Origin: Candidatus Thalassarchaeaceae archaeon
GTDB taxonomy: Archaea; Thermoplasmatota; Poseidoniia; Poseidoniales; Thalassarchaeaceae
Direction of reading: 5' to 3'
Assembly: GCA_045568115.1 (NCBI GenBank)
Contig: JBJLBO010000005.1
Location: 249,048-313,047 of the forward strand
Length of the DNA stretch: 64,000 nucleotides
Notes under the pieces: generated by a model
What the model was told of the DNA's origin: nothing
The model's input: only the letters and a program-made list of their open reading frames with translations
Databases searched by the model: none
In this document: piece by piece, positions 47,651 to 57,708 of the stretch
Numbering within the stretch: position 1 is the stretch's first letter
Layout: every line of letters begins with the position of its first letter
Position numbers and translations under genes: made by a program

Positions 47651-50600
47651 GTGTCTGCACTCCGATTGAATGGATTGATTCTCTCATTTCTGTTAATACT
47701 CTCTGTCCAAACAGCATTTTTGGGAACCTCTGACTTTGAATTGTTAAATCAAAACAAAACGGAAGAAAAAGATGCATCACAGCGCTCATCAACTCTGATT
47801 GATGTTCCAAACTGGAGGATTGGAGACCAATGGAATTACAATGGCTATTTGGATGTTAGAGATTTTATCGCTGACAGTGGAGTCTCTACAAATGTCCAGA
47901 CTTTGAGTGGAACTCTGGATTCACACGTCACAGATATTTACACTATGGAAGTAGACAATGTTTCAACACTAGTTTACAAGGTAGAGTCTCAAGGAGATTA
48001 TGCTGCTAATGGAGTAACACTTACCACGTATACTGGAGATTTAGAAATAGGGATGGATACTGTAGAAATTATTCGGGCATCTGATTTAGCATCTATTAGG
48101 CAAGAAGCTACAATTGATATCGACTTTATTTACACTATTCTTTGGTGGGATGTAACTATTGATGTCGCTGATTTAGTTGTGACAAATGAGTATAGCCCTG
48201 CATTAGAGAATTATGACTTTCCCCTATTGGTTGGAGAAACCTGGCAAACTACATACACAGTAGACACAACTTATACAGGATCAAGTGATTATGTTACGAT
48301 TCCTTCAGACACCTCGAATTCCAGTTCCACATCATGGGAAGTAATGTCGCGAGGGAGTTCAGGTGTAGCATATAGTGGATGCAATGGAAACTCATACAAT
48401 ATCACTACCTACAATAGTAATGGAGAAGAAACAGGTTACAGGTGGTATTGTCCCGACATCAAAAATGATATCAAAAGCGCATCTACAGAAAGTATTGGAT
48501 TTGTAGCAGTTCATCAATTAAATTACTATCAACAAGAACCTCGAACACACCATTTGGACATCGATATTGATTATCAATTATCACCTCTTGATATGGATAT
48601 CAGTGTGACGGTGACTGTGACTAATAATGCAGGCGCGGCGGTTAGTGGTCAGGAAGTTGAATTCCGTTATGAAATAGACGAAGATATCAGTTATGGTTCT
48701 ACAAATTCAAATGGTCAAGTTTCATTCAATTTCAATTCGGGGAACTCTGCTGATTCATCTAACGGAGGAACAGAGCGCGGCAGCCATGGAGTAATTGCCC
48801 GATTAGCCTCTCTCAATCAGATTGGAGCATCTACAATTTCTATCGACCCCGAAGTGCATGAAGTAGATCTAATTACTAATTCAGCAGGAGTTACTGTCGA
48901 GAGAACAAGGAACGGAAACACAATCAGTCTAAATTCAATTATTGGATTTACAGCAATTCAGGGAGATATTCTTACTTTCAGTGTTCCAGTTCAGAACAAA
49001 GGAATTCTAACCTCGCCTTCAACTGAAATCAAAATTACTGGACCAGATGGGGTCACTTCTACTGAACCTGTATCTTCTCTGCCGAGCTTAGGAGTTCAAA
49101 GAGTTGAGGTTGATTGGATAGTACCTGTTAGCCAACCTATAGGAGATACTAGTGTCACATTTATTGTTGATGAAAATGAATTAATTACCGAAGATGGAAA
49201 TAGAAGTAATAACTATGGTTCATTTGTAATATTCATAGGTAAATTACCTACTGCAATTTTGAGTACTCCAGCAGAAACTTTGACGCTAAGTAGTGTTACT
49301 ATTGATGGACATAATTCATTTGACCTAGACGGGGGGACATTAGATTGTGTCTTTGAGGTTCAAGCTATTGACGATACAATAACGACATTTGAGGAAGAAG
49401 ACTGTATTCTTGAGTATTCATGGGATGATGATGGAGAGTATTCAATTAGCTTAGTCGTCACCGATGAAGAAAGTGATTCGGACACTGCTCAGTCGAGCAT
49501 TACTGTGAATAATAGACCACCTGAAATTACAGTTGTAGCTGATAGTAATTCAGTAGCAGTAGAGTCCTCTATTACCTTCCGAGTTACCGAGCGAATTGAT
49601 TTAGATAGCAGAAATCAAGATAATGCGGTCGATATATTCTGGCAAACTGAATGTGAAGGCGGGGTCTCTGTAAGTTCTACATGTACGGTGACACCATTGA
49701 CTGAAGGAGAATACTCCATAGAAGTGATTGCTATGGATGACGATGAAGAAACTACTTCTGAGACTGTAACTATTGAAGTCACAAATATTGAACCACACAA
49801 TCCAAGTGTCGAAATATGGAATGGAGTAAACCGACTGGTCCCCAATAGTTATGGCAAATATTCAGCACAAGAAGGAGATTTATTGAAAATTATCAGTTCC
49901 GCTGAAGATTCACAAAATGACTTAAGTGGACTGACTCACCTATTGATTCCGGATGCCGAAAATCATCCAGATATTTCTCAGGAAAACATAGGAGTGCATT
50001 CAGAATTCATGCACTCATTTTCAACTAGTGGAATGCATCTCATGGATCTAACCGTAACTGATGATGATGGAGAAAGTGTTACACTAAGAGTACCGATAGA
50101 GATTTCAAATGTAGCACCAACTATTGATGCGATTTCTAACCCATTACCTGTAGCAGAGGATTCTGAGATTAGAATTACAATTTCAGTGATGGATACACCT
50201 GGTGATTTAGAACAACTTGTGAATTGTTTTGATCTGGATCCTGAAACTAATTCTGATGGCGAAAATGAAACTTGGGATGATTGTGACATTACAGGAACAA
50301 ATTTAGTCAAAGCTTGGTCTGATGCTAGAACTGCTCCCTCATCAATTGTTTTCCATACTACTGATGATAATGGAGATACTGCAACATTAGAGATACCAAT
50401 TACTGTCAATAACATCAAGCCTACAGCAAGATTAATGATTGATAATTCAAATCCAACTGAGGGTGATAAAGTAATCTTATCTGCCAATCTAACCTCAGAT
50501 TCACAACAAGATTTGCTTGAAATGAAATACTACTGGGATTTCGATACATCTGTTGATAGTGACGGAAATGGGATTTCTGATGATGATCACGATGCAGAAG

Positions 50601-50920
50601 GAATTTGGGTAGAATGGTCTCCTAAATCAGGAGAGAAAACTGTAAAATTAGTTGCAATGGATGAATCATTAAGCGACTCTACTACACATACTGTTAGTGT
50701 AGCAGAGAAACCCTTCAGTATTGGAGGCCTACTTTCTAGTAATGGAATAATTATTGTGACAATTTTGTTAATTTTTGGAGCCGGGGGATTCTTCGCTATG
50801 AAAATGCGGAATAAACCGGATGTCGTTGATGCACCTTTTGGAGTTTCCCAAAGTAATCTATTCGCAACCGATGATGCCTTTGATGATTCAAGTTTCGATG
50901 AACGCAACGAAGAAGAATAA
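47651..50920 (+). CDS. Large secreted surface protein with CARDB and PKD/Ig-like domains and C-terminal TM anchor
   Basis: Signal peptide, V-x-NKG...DE...E...NN CARDB pattern, repeated VTDDDG and Y-x-WDFD PKD patterns, TM followed by acidic tail. Confidence 0.8.
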   Translation: MSALRLNGLILSFLLILSVQTAFLGTSDFELLNQNKTEEKDASQRSSTLIDVPNWRIGDQWNYNGYLDVRDFIADSGVSTNVQTLSGTLDSHVTDIYTMEVDNVSTLVYKVESQGDYAANGVTLTTYTGDLEIGMDTVEIIRASDLASIRQEATIDIDFIYTILWWDVTIDVADLVVTNEYSPALENYDFPLLVGETWQTTYTVDTTYTGSSDYVTIPSDTSNSSSTSWEVMSRGSSGVAYSGCNGNSYNITTYNSNGEETGYRWYCPDIKNDIKSASTESIGFVAVHQLNYYQQEPRTHHLDIDIDYQLSPLDMDISVTVTVTNNAGAAVSGQEVEFRYEIDEDISYGSTNSNGQVSFNFNSGNSADSSNGGTERGSHGVIARLASLNQIGASTISIDPEVHEVDLITNSAGVTVERTRNGNTISLNSIIGFTAIQGDILTFSVPVQNKGILTSPSTEIKITGPDGVTSTEPVSSLPSLGVQRVEVDWIVPVSQPIGDTSVTFIVDENELITEDGNRSNNYGSFVIFIGKLPTAILSTPAETLTLSSVTIDGHNSFDLDGGTLDCVFEVQAIDDTITTFEEEDCILEYSWDDDGEYSISLVVTDEESDSDTAQSSITVNNRPPEITVVADSNSVAVESSITFRVTERIDLDSRNQDNAVDIFWQTECEGGVSVSSTCTVTPLTEGEYSIEVIAMDDDEETTSETVTIEVTNIEPHNPSVEIWNGVNRLVPNSYGKYSAQEGDLLKIISSAEDSQNDLSGLTHLLIPDAENHPDISQENIGVHSEFMHSFSTSGMHLMDLTVTDDDGESVTLRVPIEISNVAPTIDAISNPLPVAEDSEIRITISVMDTPGDLEQLVNCFDLDPETNSDGENETWDDCDITGTNLVKAWSDARTAPSSIVFHTTDDNGDTATLEIPITVNNIKPTARLMIDNSNPTEGDKVILSANLTSDSQQDLLEMKYYWDFDTSVDSDGNGISDDDHDAEGIWVEWSPKSGEKTVKLVAMDESLSDSTTHTVSVAEKPFSIGGLLSSNGIIIVTILLIFGAGGFFAMKMRNKPDVVDAPFGVSQSNLFATDDAFDDSSFDERNEEE

Positions 50921-51005
50921 CGGCATTAAAACTAGATGTCAGAAATACGCCTTCTTTCCATTTTTTGAGGGAAGCACTCAAGCCTGAGAATCACCTCCAC
51001 CCCTC

Positions 51006-51479
51006 ATGGTCAATCTATTTCGCTTACTTGGATTGCCCGATCCATCTAAGCCAAATACGGTATCTCAAACCAAGCAAAAGCGCTCCGCAGACCCAGGACC
51101 TCAGAAGAATGACTCATTCCATGATTTAGGAGAACCTCGATGGAGTGAAAGAATGCACCGAATGAAGCCATCTGCAGAGCGATTTGTACACTACATCAAA
51201 CCAGATGACCTTCATAAAATGAATCTCCATGGAATGGAAAACAGACTTAGTGCAGGTGATTTGGTTATTGCGGACCTTAGTACTCTGACTCATATGCCAA
51301 GTCAACAGGATGTTTGTAGAAGAAGAATCCAGAACTTAGGTGGCCAGATTGGTCTACCTACCTTTGCCCTCAATGAAGCAGACACCTTGCTAATGATTGC
51401 TGGAGCAAAAATGAGAGTTGACACAGATAAGCACTTACTTGGAATGGCAATGTGGGGTCAGTTGTCCAATGATGATTAA
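51006..51479 (+). CDS. sepF: Probable archaeal SepF-like cell division protein
   Basis: N-terminal amphipathic MVNLFRLLGL, disordered linker, L-x-x-GDLVIADL core. Confidence 0.55.
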   Translation: MVNLFRLLGLPDPSKPNTVSQTKQKRSADPGPQKNDSFHDLGEPRWSERMHRMKPSAERFVHYIKPDDLHKMNLHGMENRLSAGDLVIADLSTLTHMPSQQDVCRRRIQNLGGQIGLPTFALNEADTLLMIAGAKMRVDTDKHLLGMAMWGQLSNDD

Positions 51480-52315
51480 TCATAACGACTCAGCTTATAT
51501 TGCCAATCAGTAGGATTAGGTCCTGGCCCAAGTCTATCAAATCCAATTTGAAATAATTTCTGAGGAATAGATTGTGAATCAATGGAATCAGGAATTTCTA
51601 CATCTTTCACTCTTAGAATGACGATTTTACCGGATGCTCCCAAAGGTAATGAATTGATTTCAGCAAGTTCACAATGAATCGCTGCAAGTGCTGGGCTGAA
51701 TGTAGGAGGATTATGTTTGATTTCATCCCATTCTGATTTGCTATGTAGTAATGGGGCTGCAGTGACATCAACTATACGAGCAGAGTCATTATCGGCATTA
51801 AGAACAAAAATCGTTACTTGAGCACCAATTCCTTCATCTTGAAGATTAACTAAGGTATCACGTGGTCGGCCATTAAGATCTACAGAAAGAGACATCGCTA
51901 GAAGAGGGGGGGAATTGGACACTACTGATACAGAAGACATTGGTGCTAGGTTAGGGATACCTTCAGCAGAAACCGTACTAACCAATACAACAGGACGTGG
52001 CATCAATAGCCCTGCCAACCATTCTCTACGTTCATGATGTGACATTTCATCTAATGATAGAGACACAGAACTAGACTCCAAAGAGAAGGATGCAGGGGGT
52101 TTAGGATTGTAATCTCCTTCTGACAACCAAGTATCTAGAATACCTGATTCAACCTCATTGGCAGAGTATGCTGAAAATTCACGATAAGCCTGCCAACGTG
52201 CAATCTCATCGGGGTCATCACCTCTAGTAACCTTACGCTCTATTGATGCGTCCGAGTAAGTTACACAACGCCTTAGGTAAAGGGCGACTACAGCTCTACG
52301 TTCCTCGATACTCAT
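51476..52315 (-). CDS. Flavin reductase (DIM6/NTAB family) with extra N-terminal domain
   Basis: PRPVVLVST...NLAPMS...RDT-x-x-N motifs. Confidence 0.75.
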   Translation of the reverse strand: MSIEERRAVVALYLRRCVTYSDASIERKVTRGDDPDEIARWQAYREFSAYSANEVESGILDTWLSEGDYNPKPPASFSLESSSVSLSLDEMSHHERREWLAGLLMPRPVVLVSTVSAEGIPNLAPMSSVSVVSNSPPLLAMSLSVDLNGRPRDTLVNLQDEGIGAQVTIFVLNADNDSARIVDVTAAPLLHSKSEWDEIKHNPPTFSPALAAIHCELAEINSLPLGASGKIVILRVKDVEIPDSIDSQSIPQKLFQIGFDRLGPGPNPTDWQYKLSRYD

Positions 52316-52319
52316 ACAA

Positions 52320-52805
52320 TCACTCAATACTAAGTTCTCTTATTAGTTTCTCAACATGCCCTTTAGCCCTAATGTTATACCCTACCCAAATCAATGAACC
52401 ATCTGTATCAATCACAAAGGTTGATCGAGAAACTCCCATGTATGTTTTTCCATAATTATTTTTCTCGCGCCAAACTCCATATTTTTGGTGTAGTTCTATA
52501 TCCTGATCGACGATTAAATCGAAGTTCAGTTCATACTTTTCTGTGAAATTCAGGTGAGATTTGGAGGAATCTTTGGAAACTCCTAATACCCTATAACCCG
52601 CACTCTGAAGAGTAGAATAATTGTCACGAAAATCACAAGCCTGAGTAGTACATCCCGGTGTGTTATCTTTCGGATAGAAGTATAGTACTACTCGTTTATC
52701 ATCAGACAATATATCATTCAAAATAATCTGACTACCATCGGTCAAAAGCGCATCAAAATCTGGTGCCTTATCACCTACTTCTAACGTCACCCAATCCTCT
52801 TCCAT
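52320..52805 (-). CDS. bcp: Peroxiredoxin (BCP/PrxQ)
   Basis: LYFYPKDNTPGCTTQAC and RSTFVID motifs. Confidence 0.93.
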   Translation of the reverse strand: MEEDWVTLEVGDKAPDFDALLTDGSQIILNDILSDDKRVVLYFYPKDNTPGCTTQACDFRDNYSTLQSAGYRVLGVSKDSSKSHLNFTEKYELNFDLIVDQDIELHQKYGVWREKNNYGKTYMGVSRSTFVIDTDGSLIWVGYNIRAKGHVEKLIRELSIE

Positions 52806-52881
52806 AACGACTCGACACGGTGAAGCATGAAGAAACCTCGTGCTAAGAGGATTCAAGAATAATCAGAGAATGGTTCTCCTC

Positions 52882-53166
52882 ATGGGCAAAGCAGGAACCT
52901 TCGGTGGGACTCTATCTTTAGTCATCGGAGTATTACTCATCATTGGTTGGATTGGTGCAGGTATGGTTGTTGACTACATCGACAATCAACTTGAAGAGAA
53001 CTGTAATTCGACAGCAGGTCAGATTGGTCAAATCACGGGCTGGGATGAAGGACAATGCCAAGATGGTCGCGACACTAAAGATCTGGTTAGTTCAATACAA
53101 ATGCCCTTGCTAGGGTTTGGAGCAATTCTAGTTGTTTTTGGCGGCGTTCTATTCTTTCGCAGTTAG
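52882..53166 (+). CDS. Small 2-TM protein with two-Cys loop
   Basis: Two hydrophobic helices flanking a loop with two Cys. Confidence 0.65.
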   Translation: MGKAGTFGGTLSLVIGVLLIIGWIGAGMVVDYIDNQLEENCNSTAGQIGQITGWDEGQCQDGRDTKDLVSSIQMPLLGFGAILVVFGGVLFFRS

Positions 53167-53807
53167 CGAGATTCATCACGAATTCGCTTCTTGGTAGCCG
53201 CCCATCCACAGATTGGACAGGTCACTAAATCATGACTGCGAGCAGGGCAATGCTCCCGCCCGAAGTAGATAATTTGCAGATGACGACGATTCCAAGTTTC
53301 TTCAGGAAATACCGCTTTCAAATCACGTTCAGTTTTGACTACATTACGGCCATCAGAAAGACCCCAGCGTGCTGCCAAACGATGAATATGTGTGTCAACA
53401 GGGAAAGCTGGAATTCCGAAAGCCTGAGCCATCACAACACTTGCTGTTTTGTGACCTACTCCTGCTAATGATTCAAGAAATTCCCAATCAGGAATTACCT
53501 CGCCACCGCCTTCCTGTATTTGCTCTGCCATCCTTTTGAGATTCTTCGCCTTAGTTGGTGCAAGTCCTATTTCACGGATGATATTTTGAATCACACTTAC
53601 CTCTAGTGAAGCCATCTTCTCAGGAGTGTCTGCAACTGAGAATAGAGTTGGAGTGACTTGATTCACCTTCTTATCTGTTGTTTGGGCGGAAAGCATGACT
53701 GCAACTAGAAGAGTGTAGGGGTCGTTATGATCGAGAGGAATAGGTGTTTCAGGATAGAGATTATCAAGTTGAGTCCCAATCATTTCCGCCTTCTCTAATC
53801 TCTTCAT
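53163..53807 (-). CDS. nth: Endonuclease III
   Basis: LSAQTTD, GVGHKTA, PVDTH motifs and C-terminal Cys cluster. Confidence 0.95.
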   Translation of the reverse strand: MKRLEKAEMIGTQLDNLYPETPIPLDHNDPYTLLVAVMLSAQTTDKKVNQVTPTLFSVADTPEKMASLEVSVIQNIIREIGLAPTKAKNLKRMAEQIQEGGGEVIPDWEFLESLAGVGHKTASVVMAQAFGIPAFPVDTHIHRLAARWGLSDGRNVVKTERDLKAVFPEETWNRRHLQIIYFGREHCPARSHDLVTCPICGWAATKKRIRDESR

Positions 53808-54010
53808 TACTCAACATCTCCCTCATCGCGAATACCGAAGAGGAAGGTGCCACCAACAATCAGACCAGGGAGTACCCAGCATGGACCCCACATCCAATCC
53901 TCCCATTCTGCCCCAGATGTACCTCCAAGAAGGAAGTAGGCTAAGGCTCCCACAAAAAATGCAGGAAGTACTGAAACAATACCGAATACTAGACCGCGCA
54001 TCATCTGCAT
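53807..54010 (-). CDS. Small 2-TM membrane protein
   Basis: Two hydrophobic helices; stop overlaps the nth start (TAATG). Confidence 0.6.
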   Translation of the reverse strand: MQMMRGLVFGIVSVLPAFFVGALAYFLLGGTSGAEWEDWMWGPCWVLPGLIVGGTFLFGIRDEGDVE

Positions 54011-54046
54011 GTTTCATCCCACCTAAGTCTCCATCATCAAACTTCG

Positions 54047-55981
54047 TCACAAACCAAGAAGTTCTTCCATCTCAGAACCATTTCTTGTGTTTAGTACATC
54101 ATCGGCTTCAAGCCACCCTTTTCGAGCAATTTGCACACCATACCATACATCCTTCAATCCCTCTGTATCATGAGCATCTGGATTGATGCAAATTGGAACC
54201 CCTTGCTGCTTAGCGAATTTACATAAGCGCCAATCCAAATCGAGACGGTAAGGTGAGGCATTAATTTCAACAGCCTTCAGATGACCTTCTGAATTTAGTT
54301 CACCCATTCTTCGTATCACAGCGTGCATATCGACAGGGAATCCTTCTCTACCCTGAAGGATTCTACCAGTTGGATGCCCCAGAATTGTGAAAGTAGGATT
54401 CTCAATAGCTCGAATTAGAGCTTCTGTATTGGCAATCTCATCTCGACCACGCCAACTTCCTAAAGCGTGAACTGAACCAACAATGTGAGTCAGAGATTTA
54501 CGAGTTGCATCAGGATAATCGAGTCCCCCATCAACCAATATATCACATTCAGAGCCATGGAATAAACGAAAATCTTGACCTGAATCTGTCCATGATTCGT
54601 TGAGTGCGCGAATCATTTCAGATTGCTTAGGAATACCTTCTGAAGGCACACCAATCTGGCGCCCACCAATATTGAGAACTTCTGAGTGATCAGCGATTCC
54701 TAAGTACTGCCAACCTAAGTTCTGTGCAGCATTTGCCATCTCTTCCAATGTATTGACTCCATCTGATGCTATGGTATGATTGTGGAGAGCACCTTTGATG
54801 TCTTCTGGAGAAATTAGATTTGGGAGAGAGCCACTTAGTGACGCTTCTATCTCACCCATATCTTCTCGTAATTCAGGAGTCACCCATCCAAGTCCCAGAT
54901 GCCGATAAATGTCGGACTCATCATTACAAGTTAGAGTGAATTTAGCAGCTTCCATGCCAATTTTCCCTTCTGCCGCATCTTCCGGAAATAGACCAAATTC
55001 ATTGAGGCGTAGGCCTTTGTCAATAGCCAATTGTCTCATCCGGATATTATGTTCCTTTGAACCAGTGAAGTATGCTAAGGTGAATGGAAATGTTTCAGGA
55101 GGTACAATACGAACTTGAGCATCAATTGTAGCGTCAGAACTCCTCTCTAACATCATCTCTGCTAGTTGAGTGTCAATACTACCTCCAATTTTTACATCAG
55201 CGAGCATTTCTTGTTCGAGAATTAAACTTATCTTCGACTCTCCATGTCCCTTAACTTCAGCAATTCCTGGTAAATTGAGTATTGCTTCAATCACTGAATT
55301 GTGGTCCTTAGGCATTGCAGCAGCAACAATATCGAGGTCGCCAATAGTTTCTCTACGACGACGAGCACTGCCCGCTAACTGTGCCTTAACCACTCCTGGA
55401 ATAGCTGCTATTCTAGCTTCCATCGCGCGGCCAAAGGAAAGTCCAACATCCATTCTGCTTCGACCTTGGTAGCGACGCAGTAACTCGATTCCTTCGAGGT
55501 ATTTCTTCTGACTCTTCTCTCCAAATCCAGAAAGAGGAGCAATATGACCCATTTCACATGCGGCTTTCAGGGATTCTACCGAATCAACTCCCAATTCCTG
55601 ATACATTAAACGGGCACGCTTCGGACCAAGACCAGGAATCCCCACAATCTCAATCAAACCTCTCGGTACTCTGTCATACAATTTCTGAAGATCACCCCAA
55701 GTTCCTTTGAGAACCGCTTCACCAACTAAACTACTGATTCCTTTTCCTATACCTTTGACATCAGTCAAGTTACCTTGCTGTAGAACTGTAAGTAAGTCGT
55801 CTTCCATCGAAGCCAATGCACGACTTCCATTTTGATAGGCTCGTACTCTAAATGGATTGGCTCCCTCAAGTTCCAAAAGTACTGCCACTTGTTCTAGAAC
55901 TGAGACAACTTGTGACTTGGTAGCAAAAGGTGGGCCATCTTTGCGCGGCTTTGGTAAATTCCACCCCTTGACGTTGACCAC
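54047..55981 (-). CDS. polX: Family X DNA polymerase with PHP domain (non-canonical catalytic triad)
   Basis: NPFRVRAY, HhH motifs, GSARR...GDLD, YFTGSKEHN; PHP motifs HNHT, DHS, GHP, DAH. Confidence 0.93.
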   Translation of the reverse strand: MVNVKGWNLPKPRKDGPPFATKSQVVSVLEQVAVLLELEGANPFRVRAYQNGSRALASMEDDLLTVLQQGNLTDVKGIGKGISSLVGEAVLKGTWGDLQKLYDRVPRGLIEIVGIPGLGPKRARLMYQELGVDSVESLKAACEMGHIAPLSGFGEKSQKKYLEGIELLRRYQGRSRMDVGLSFGRAMEARIAAIPGVVKAQLAGSARRRRETIGDLDIVAAAMPKDHNSVIEAILNLPGIAEVKGHGESKISLILEQEMLADVKIGGSIDTQLAEMMLERSSDATIDAQVRIVPPETFPFTLAYFTGSKEHNIRMRQLAIDKGLRLNEFGLFPEDAAEGKIGMEAAKFTLTCNDESDIYRHLGLGWVTPELREDMGEIEASLSGSLPNLISPEDIKGALHNHTIASDGVNTLEEMANAAQNLGWQYLGIADHSEVLNIGGRQIGVPSEGIPKQSEMIRALNESWTDSGQDFRLFHGSECDILVDGGLDYPDATRKSLTHIVGSVHALGSWRGRDEIANTEALIRAIENPTFTILGHPTGRILQGREGFPVDMHAVIRRMGELNSEGHLKAVEINASPYRLDLDWRLCKFAKQQGVPICINPDAHDTEGLKDVWYGVQIARKGWLEADDVLNTRNGSEMEELLGL

Positions 55982-56090
55982 GACACCAACGGAGGGGCAT
56001 CATCCTTGAGGATGTCCATCTGTTGCAGTCGTTATTCTGCAACTGTTGAGCATCCCAATGCTCACAAACAATACACACACGAGATGAGGT

Positions 56091-56441
56091 GTGGATGTGC
56101 TGTCGGGACTGGAATCTATCTCAGTGGCAATGTGTAGCATATCTACACTTCTTTGGATGAGTATTGGAACCTTTTCTCGTGCTGAAGGAGGGGAAAAACT
56201 GACTCAACGCGTAATCGCATTTCTTTGTGTCACATCTGCTGTAATGCTATTTGCTCTGCACTATATGGGAGGAGAGTTATGGGGTTCTCGAAACGTCGCT
56301 CGGCCTTTTGCCTTAGTTGCCCTAATTGTTGCTGGTGCAGGGATGCTGAACATCAAAGGAACTGATGTTCAGGGAGAAACAAATCCTCATCAAATCATGA
56401 AGATGAGACGGGCAGAAGCCGAAGAAGAGAACTTGGGGTGA
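56091..56441 (+). CDS. Small 3-TM membrane protein
   Basis: Three hydrophobic helices. Confidence 0.65.
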   Translation: MDVLSGLESISVAMCSISTLLWMSIGTFSRAEGGEKLTQRVIAFLCVTSAVMLFALHYMGGELWGSRNVARPFALVALIVAGAGMLNIKGTDVQGETNPHQIMKMRRAEAEEENLG

Positions 56442-56452
56442 GCCCTTACTCG

Positions 56453-56737
56453 TTATTCCTCAACACCGAGTTTGTCATCAATGAAAGCACGCATATATGC
56501 TGGAAGTTCACCATTTACAAAAATAACATCTTCAACATCTTCGAGCTTCATCAAAGAATAATAAATTTGCATTGCAGTCATTGGTGTCGAACTGCATCCA
56601 GTACATCCGCCCTCTAGTGAAATCATAATCACACCATCTGTGGTGTCGACTACATTCACTACACCATCGTGCGCATCAAGAATAGCCTGAACTGGTCCAA
56701 CCGACTCTAGAATTAGTTGCTTATCGACCTCCGCCAT
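56453..56737 (-). CDS. NifU C-terminal (Nfu) domain Fe-S carrier
   Basis: L-x-AHDG-x-V...L-x-GGCTGC-x-S motif. Confidence 0.85.
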   Translation of the reverse strand: MAEVDKQLILESVGPVQAILDAHDGVVNVVDTTDGVIMISLEGGCTGCSSTPMTAMQIYYSLMKLEDVEDVIFVNGELPAYMRAFIDDKLGVEE

Positions 56738-56801
56738 GCTAAATCCTCGTTCACCTCTAATGGGCGAGATGCTTTGAACCATTGGTGGGTATGGAGTAGC
56801 A

Positions 56802-57698
56802 ATGGCTAGTAACATGCGCATTCTAATGTTCGACCTTTTAGTTGAGAGAGAAACATTTGGACATGGAGGGAATCAAGAGGTTGTTCGACCATTCATTACA
56901 CGGAAAAATGTTGAATTGCTTCTTTTGACTCCTCAAATGCAGTCATTAGAATCTGGAGAAAAGACAGAGAAAGAAACTCAGGTCACCCTGAATGAAGAGG
57001 ATGTCCCTCACTGGGATGATGAATACGAATTCTGGGAATCAAATGATGTTGATTTTGATGGACATTTGGCCAACTTTCACCGAATAGTAATGCCAATGCA
57101 TACGAATGATGAAAAAATGGCTAATTGGCTGAACGAACTTAATGTCGATGCAATCGTCTGTAGTGGTTCTCGACGTAATGTCAGTATCTGGGAGGAATGG
57201 ATGGGTCCGGCATCTTCCTTGCTCCGAGTTGCAGCTTTGTCAGGAACTCCCACTTTAGGGATTTGCTTCGGCCATCAATTGCTTTGCCATGCACTTGGTT
57301 CAGAGATTGAAAGAGCAGATGCTATGTCTAGTGGATTATGGGATTTGAAATTGACAGAAGAAGGAGAAATGGACAAGTTATTGACATCTCATACTAATGA
57401 GGAGGATACAATTGTAGGTGTATTTAGTCACCAAGATCATGTGACGACGATTCCAGAAAATTGCACACTACTAAGTACTGCATCTCACAATCAAGTAACT
57501 GCTATTCGTGTGAACGATAAAGATGGGAGAAAACTACCGGCATGGGGAATACAATTCCATCCCGAAGCGGCAAAAGCAAGAATCAAGAGAGCGTATGAAT
57601 GGGGGCATATTTCAGAAGAAGAATATACTTCTCTGAAAGGAGAACATGACGGGGCCGAGATTCTTGCATCCTTTGCAGATATAGTGCTTCAGAAATAA
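56802..57698 (+). CDS. Class I glutamine amidotransferase-like protein
   Basis: SGS, GICFGHQ, SHQD, IQFHPE motifs. Confidence 0.85.
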   Translation: MASNMRILMFDLLVERETFGHGGNQEVVRPFITRKNVELLLLTPQMQSLESGEKTEKETQVTLNEEDVPHWDDEYEFWESNDVDFDGHLANFHRIVMPMHTNDEKMANWLNELNVDAIVCSGSRRNVSIWEEWMGPASSLLRVAALSGTPTLGICFGHQLLCHALGSEIERADAMSSGLWDLKLTEEGEMDKLLTSHTNEEDTIVGVFSHQDHVTTIPENCTLLSTASHNQVTAIRVNDKDGRKLPAWGIQFHPEAAKARIKRAYEWGHISEEEYTSLKGEHDGAEILASFADIVLQK

Positions 57699-57708
57699 GC
57701 CTGAATTA

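Noticed and set aside
53163-53260. Endonuclease III with only three Cys in its Fe-S motif
   Set aside because: I recognise this CPAR-x-H...C-x-x-C variant from bacterial Nth homologs, so it is probably not novel.
55981-56091. tRNA in the three-hairpin spacer
   Set aside because: No acceptor stem, TTCRA T-loop or D-loop GG in the expected positions.
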